This document shows, piece by piece, positions 62,334 to 64,000 of a stretch of 64,000 nt of DNA. Source of the stretch: a bacterium. GTDB taxonomy: Bacteria > SM23-31. The stretch lies in the NCBI GenBank assembly GCA_965249485.1, contig OZ252239.1:896001-960000 (forward strand). Direction: 5' to 3'. The position numbers and the translations under genes are program-made. Under the pieces are notes generated by a model that saw only the letters and a program-made list of their open reading frames with translations, was not told the origin of the DNA and did no database searches. Position 1 is the stretch's first letter. Each line of letters opens with the position of its first letter.

Positions 62334-63776
62334 TTATTCAATTACATACCATTCGAGATTTACTCTATTAAGATAGTCAAATCCATTTTCGGTAAACATA
62401 CCGAGTTGCTCGATCCCAAAGGACAAACCGTTTTCACCCCACTCTGGAGCAGTAATAGTGTAGTTCGGTTCAAGCGAATAGAGTGTATTATAATGAAGTT
62501 TGAGAGTAGGGGAGTAAAGGGGATGCTGTATATATCCGTTACCAATTCCAGAAGTGTATGTCCCACGAGAAAACAATAATCCATTCGTGGTAAACCGCCT
62601 GATAAAATTTGGCGGAGGATGAAAACCGAATCTTGCACGAGTCATTCGGGGATCTCGCGGTTTCATGTTATTAGCTGCATCCCGAATTTCTTGTGTAGTA
62701 CGGCCAACTACGAAGGCTTTTCTGTATTGATCCTGCATCTCGTTTATGAGTCTTAATACATCTTTCAAATCTTCAGGAACATCTGATTCATCCTCAAGGA
62801 GCACATATGCATATACTTGAGTGTCGGTTTCCAAACCGAGTAACATTATATCAGAATCTAAACCGACTATGTCACCGCGTCTGATTATTACATTTGTACC
62901 ATTTCCAATTCTGCCATTCCGAAATATTTCAGTGGAATCACTATATTCAGCAATCTTCGACGTTCTTCTTCTGATATTTACCGAAGGGTGGTTATCTATA
63001 TCTAAATGAAGTTCACGATTTTTATTCCGTATCCACCAATTCAAATCTTCTGAAGTAGTGATATTAGGTATAATAACACTATTTGAAAATGCTTCCGCAA
63101 GAATATCATTTTGTACTCCCTGAACATACCGGTAAATGCTTAACTGCACAGGCCCCATGATGGTAAGCCACAGTATACCCAGGTGGTTTGAATCCACAGT
63201 ACGAGATGCATATTTATTACCCAGAGCTTGTGTCATTTCATCACTTGTTACGATACTTATTCGTGAAGCGTCTCCGGAATTCTGTCTCCTAACGGCAAGG
63301 TTTTTCATACTGATTGCGATCTTTTTGGGATCCCGTTCTCTTACCAATTGTGTTATATGGGCAAAATCATCCGGTTCAACATATTCGATTTCGTTTCCTG
63401 TATCGTAAAAAAGCAGAAATTCGGGAATTCCGGAGATGGAATTCCTATATTGACTCGGCAGAGCCATCCCTTCATGATTGGCCGGAAGTAATGACGTAAA
63501 TACCGGATGCTCCCTATAAGACGTTTGCCGATAAAGCGGTTCTTCATCATTTCGGACTATCCACATATCCACCCCTTGTTCCCGCATTATCATCGGAAGT
63601 ACGTTCTCTTTTTTTCACTCCTAGAACTTTTGCATGATCTGGACACGTTCGCGCATCGGCATGAAATTCGCCGCATCTCTGCCTGAACCAGTCTCAGGTG
63701 GTTGAGCGAATGCAAAACCAACGGTTAATACAATAAATGATAAAGAAAATGACCATAAAACTCGTTTCGTCTTCAT
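62334..63776 (-). pseudogene. Secreted M24-fold peptidase-like gene with two in-frame stop codons near the N-terminus
   Basis: ATG 63776 (SD AAGGAG) gives signal peptide MKTKRVLWSF...AFAQ, in frame with ORF 62334..63593, interrupted by TAG (63621-63623) and TGA (63615-63617); ligands LDSD...ETD, FHP, SLEP, IEQ. Confidence 0.75.
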
Positions 63777-64000
63777 GCCAATCTCCTTCTTTCTGAAAGA
63801 TTCAATTTGTACATTATCTGAACAATTATATCATTTGCAGTTATTGTGTGCGTGGCCAGAACACGTCGGGCACTTTTGATTAAATAACAAGATTGACATT
63901 GGACAACTACAAGGGTCTTTACACCCCGGATTGAAGATTTTAGAACTTAAATCTATGTCTAACGTATTAAGATTCCCATTTGTGGTTCTAAGAAATTTAG

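Noticed and set aside
50282..63623. Alternative genetic code or Pyl/Sec readthrough to explain the in-frame TAG and TGA codons
   Set aside because: TAG ends ilvB, ilvC, cimA and amt, and TGA ends several other genes at their expected C-termini; no pyl or sel genes in the window
1..64000. CRISPR array, rRNA or tRNA genes
   Set aside because: No regularly spaced direct repeats, cas genes, rRNA signatures or convincing cloverleaf with a T-loop seen by eye; a covariance scan was not possible

Overview
Bacterial chromosomal segment of a diderm organism (TolC, TonB-dependent receptor, outer-membrane barrel proteins). The gene style suggests an uncultured FCB-group lineage, but taxonomy cannot be fixed from this window. 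Left part: hspQ fragment, HAD hydrolase, ammonium transporter, M61 peptidase, a TolC-MFP-CusA efflux operon, rsgA, and a TetR locus collapsed into a LolA-like/MMPL chimera. Centre: a branched-chain amino acid cluster (ilvD divergent from ilvB-ilvN-ilvC-cimA-leuA-leuC-leuD-leuB). It is preceded by an unannotated 55-aa Leu/Ile/Val-rich leader ORF with mutually exclusive RNA hairpins and by an exact sigma54 motif. It is followed by a complete IS1595-family element and an AT-rich MjaI-family restriction-modification pair whose methyltransferase carries a degenerate nuclease-like domain. Right part: five tandem plus one separate secreted M28-fold proteins, M24-fold proteins and a sodium:solute symporter. 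The most striking observation is that all six M28-fold paralogues share the same rewired active site (HxD to HxQ; catalytic EE to HE or HD), while a predicted specificity loop differs between copies. Several 1-2 nt indels, mostly in homopolymers, suggest assembly errors rather than true pseudogenes. No rRNA, tRNA or CRISPR array was seen.
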